Below, in pieces: positions 62,249-64,000 of a DNA stretch of 64,000 bases. Below the pieces are notes generated by a model. That model saw only the letters and a program-made list of their open reading frames with translations, had not been told where the DNA came from and did no database searches. Source of the stretch: Sphyrna mokarran (Eukaryota). Positions within the stretch are counted from its first letter, which is position 1, and every line of letters begins with the position of its first letter. The stretch spans positions 37,076,001-37,140,000 of the forward strand of contig JAGIQG010000005.1 in NCBI GenBank assembly GCA_024679065.1. Direction: 5' to 3'. The translations under genes were made by a program, and so were the position numbers.

Positions 62249-64000
62249 CTAATTAAACAAGTAGGAAATTGCATTTTTAAGAAGGGTGCATTGAAATTTA
62301 ATTTGGAGTCTTTGAAGAATTCTCTTAGTGGGAATACCATTCATCAATAAGTTTACATTTCAAACTGATGCTTCAAATTATTTTGATGCAATTGTATTAA
62401 AACCCGTTATTTTTGAAGATTGGATTAAAATTGGTTCCTCCTAGCAGTATGGGACAGATTTAGTTCATGGTCTTGGAAATGAAAGAACATTTTGGTAACT
62501 CAGTTTCCCAAGTTCTAAGCAGTCTTGTTAATGAAATCAGTATTTTTGCCCAAACGTGATGAACATTTGTCTTTACGCATTTAAATGCGCAAACTATCGT
62601 ATTCAGCTAAAAGCAGAAAGTTTCCTGAAGCACAACAAAGCTAAACATTGAATAGCGCTGAGATAGCAAAGCCCAAAGCAAATTAAGATTTTGGAGAGTG
62701 CACAGATCTTACTGTGGTCATCATCCTACATTTTGGCTTTGGAGAGAATACAGTGAAGGGCAACACAACTGATATCAGGGATCAAACATCCAAGATTAAA
62801 ATACAAGAGGAATCTGAGAAAATATGGAAATTACGGGTTCAATTTAGGACCAGGTTGTTTATGCAATCATGATTTGTGGACTCAAATTCGCAACAGTGAG
62901 AGTGAATCTCACTTGGGCCTGAATTTCTGCAGAGTTGGAGAGCCTCTCCATTGTTGGGAAATGGCAGGTGGGGCACAAATCTGGAAATCCTTCACCCGAA
63001 CACAATAAATAATTTTGCATGTTATGGTTCATGGCTGCAACTGGACACGTTAAAGTCCAGCTGTCTCAGGCAGATCTACTTACTGCTAGTGGAGTATTCA
63101 AAAACACAATCTGTGAACCTTAGACACGGTAGCAGAAAATTTAGAGATCACATTGTTCCTTAGAGGAATGGAACGCACTCTTTTGGATATAACCTGAAGA
63201 CATCTTTGGGAGAAGTAAAGTATCATTTGGGGCTATTAAAAGTAAACATAAGTGTGCATAAACTCATAAAGTTCTGATGAACTCGACCAATCAACAGACC
63301 TGTCATAAGGAATTGTTAGAAAGAACCTTTAGAAGGAATTCTCAGAAGAACTGCCAGAATGCTATCAAGCTGTCAAGGCACTTAAACATTTGAAAAAACT
63401 TGTGGTGTGATAAAAATCAATGCTTCCTATTTCTCTATCTGTATACACAAGTCAAAAGGAAGGCTATAAAGAGAGGATTTGTGCTGCATGATTGATTTCA
63501 CAATTTTCATTATCAGAGTGGGGTGTGTGTCAAATCACAGTTTGATTAGCAGCTTCAAGTGGTTGTAAACTCTTTGCAGTGAGGCTGTGAATTCCAATGT
63601 ATATTTTTATAAGAGATTAAAATAAGTTAAATGGAGTGAATAGGTTTTTAGTCAATAAGATTTTTTTTTAAATGTGAACTCATCAATAGACATTTAAGAA
63701 TGTTATTTAATCTCAGGACAGGTCTCAAGGTCTGCCCCCCCCGTGGGTACTGCATGGTAGGTGTAACAGCAAAGACTGCTAGCCCATGGGTTGCCATGAA
63801 TTGACACGGAGTTGTCATAGAGGCAATAAAGGTGATGGTGATGGGCAGAGGGACGTTAGAGCTATAAAATGCAACAGGGCTGGTGGAGGTACACGTGAAG
63901 GATAAAATGAGCCTGGAGTTGGGTAGGTGGACATGGAATGTATGGGGGGGCTATGTGAAAGCATGGGATGAGTATGATGGGTATATGGGGGAAAAGGTAT

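Noticed and set aside
63084-63118. Candidate 35-nt upstream exon of the YccV-like gene (ag|...|gtaagt, phase-compatible)
   Set aside because: The peptide FTDCVFEYSTS has no recognisable similarity and such site pairs arise by chance; it needs RNA-seq support.
1-64000. CRISPR array, rRNA or prokaryotic operon
   Set aside because: No regularly spaced direct repeats, rRNA-like sequence or gene-dense prokaryotic organisation; this is vertebrate intron/exon and TE sequence.

Overview
This is eukaryotic, repeat-rich vertebrate DNA, most likely from a shark or other elasmobranch, judging by the HE1-type V-SINEs, CR1/HER1-like LINEs and abundant Penelope-like elements. I reconstructed two spliced genes by hand; the ORF track shows them poorly. 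(1) A complete 4-exon IRAK1BP1 (SIMPL-domain) gene on the + strand: CDS 29368-29661, 36332-36397, 40509-40639, 44674-44944, 253 aa, all introns GT-AG and phase-consistent. Its CpG-island promoter carries four RFX X-box-like palindromes plus NRF1, YY1 and GC-box motifs. (2) The last three coding exons (62248-62085, 60422-60312, 57262-57167, - strand) of a convergent gene ending in a YccV/HspQ-like 'hemimethylated DNA-binding' domain. None of these exons is in the ORF track, and its upstream exons probably lie beyond the window. The rest is mostly transposable elements: three young near-identical CR1 3' fragments, older CR1/L2/Rex-Babar fragments, a decayed Gypsy element, MITE-like elements, many SINEs with interchangeable tails, and Penelope-like elements forming fold-back palindromes with decayed hammerhead-like cores. 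I found no CRISPR array, rRNA or true tRNA gene. Repeat boundaries are approximate (tens of bp); exon boundaries were counted exactly. Family assignments come from recalled motifs, not database searches.
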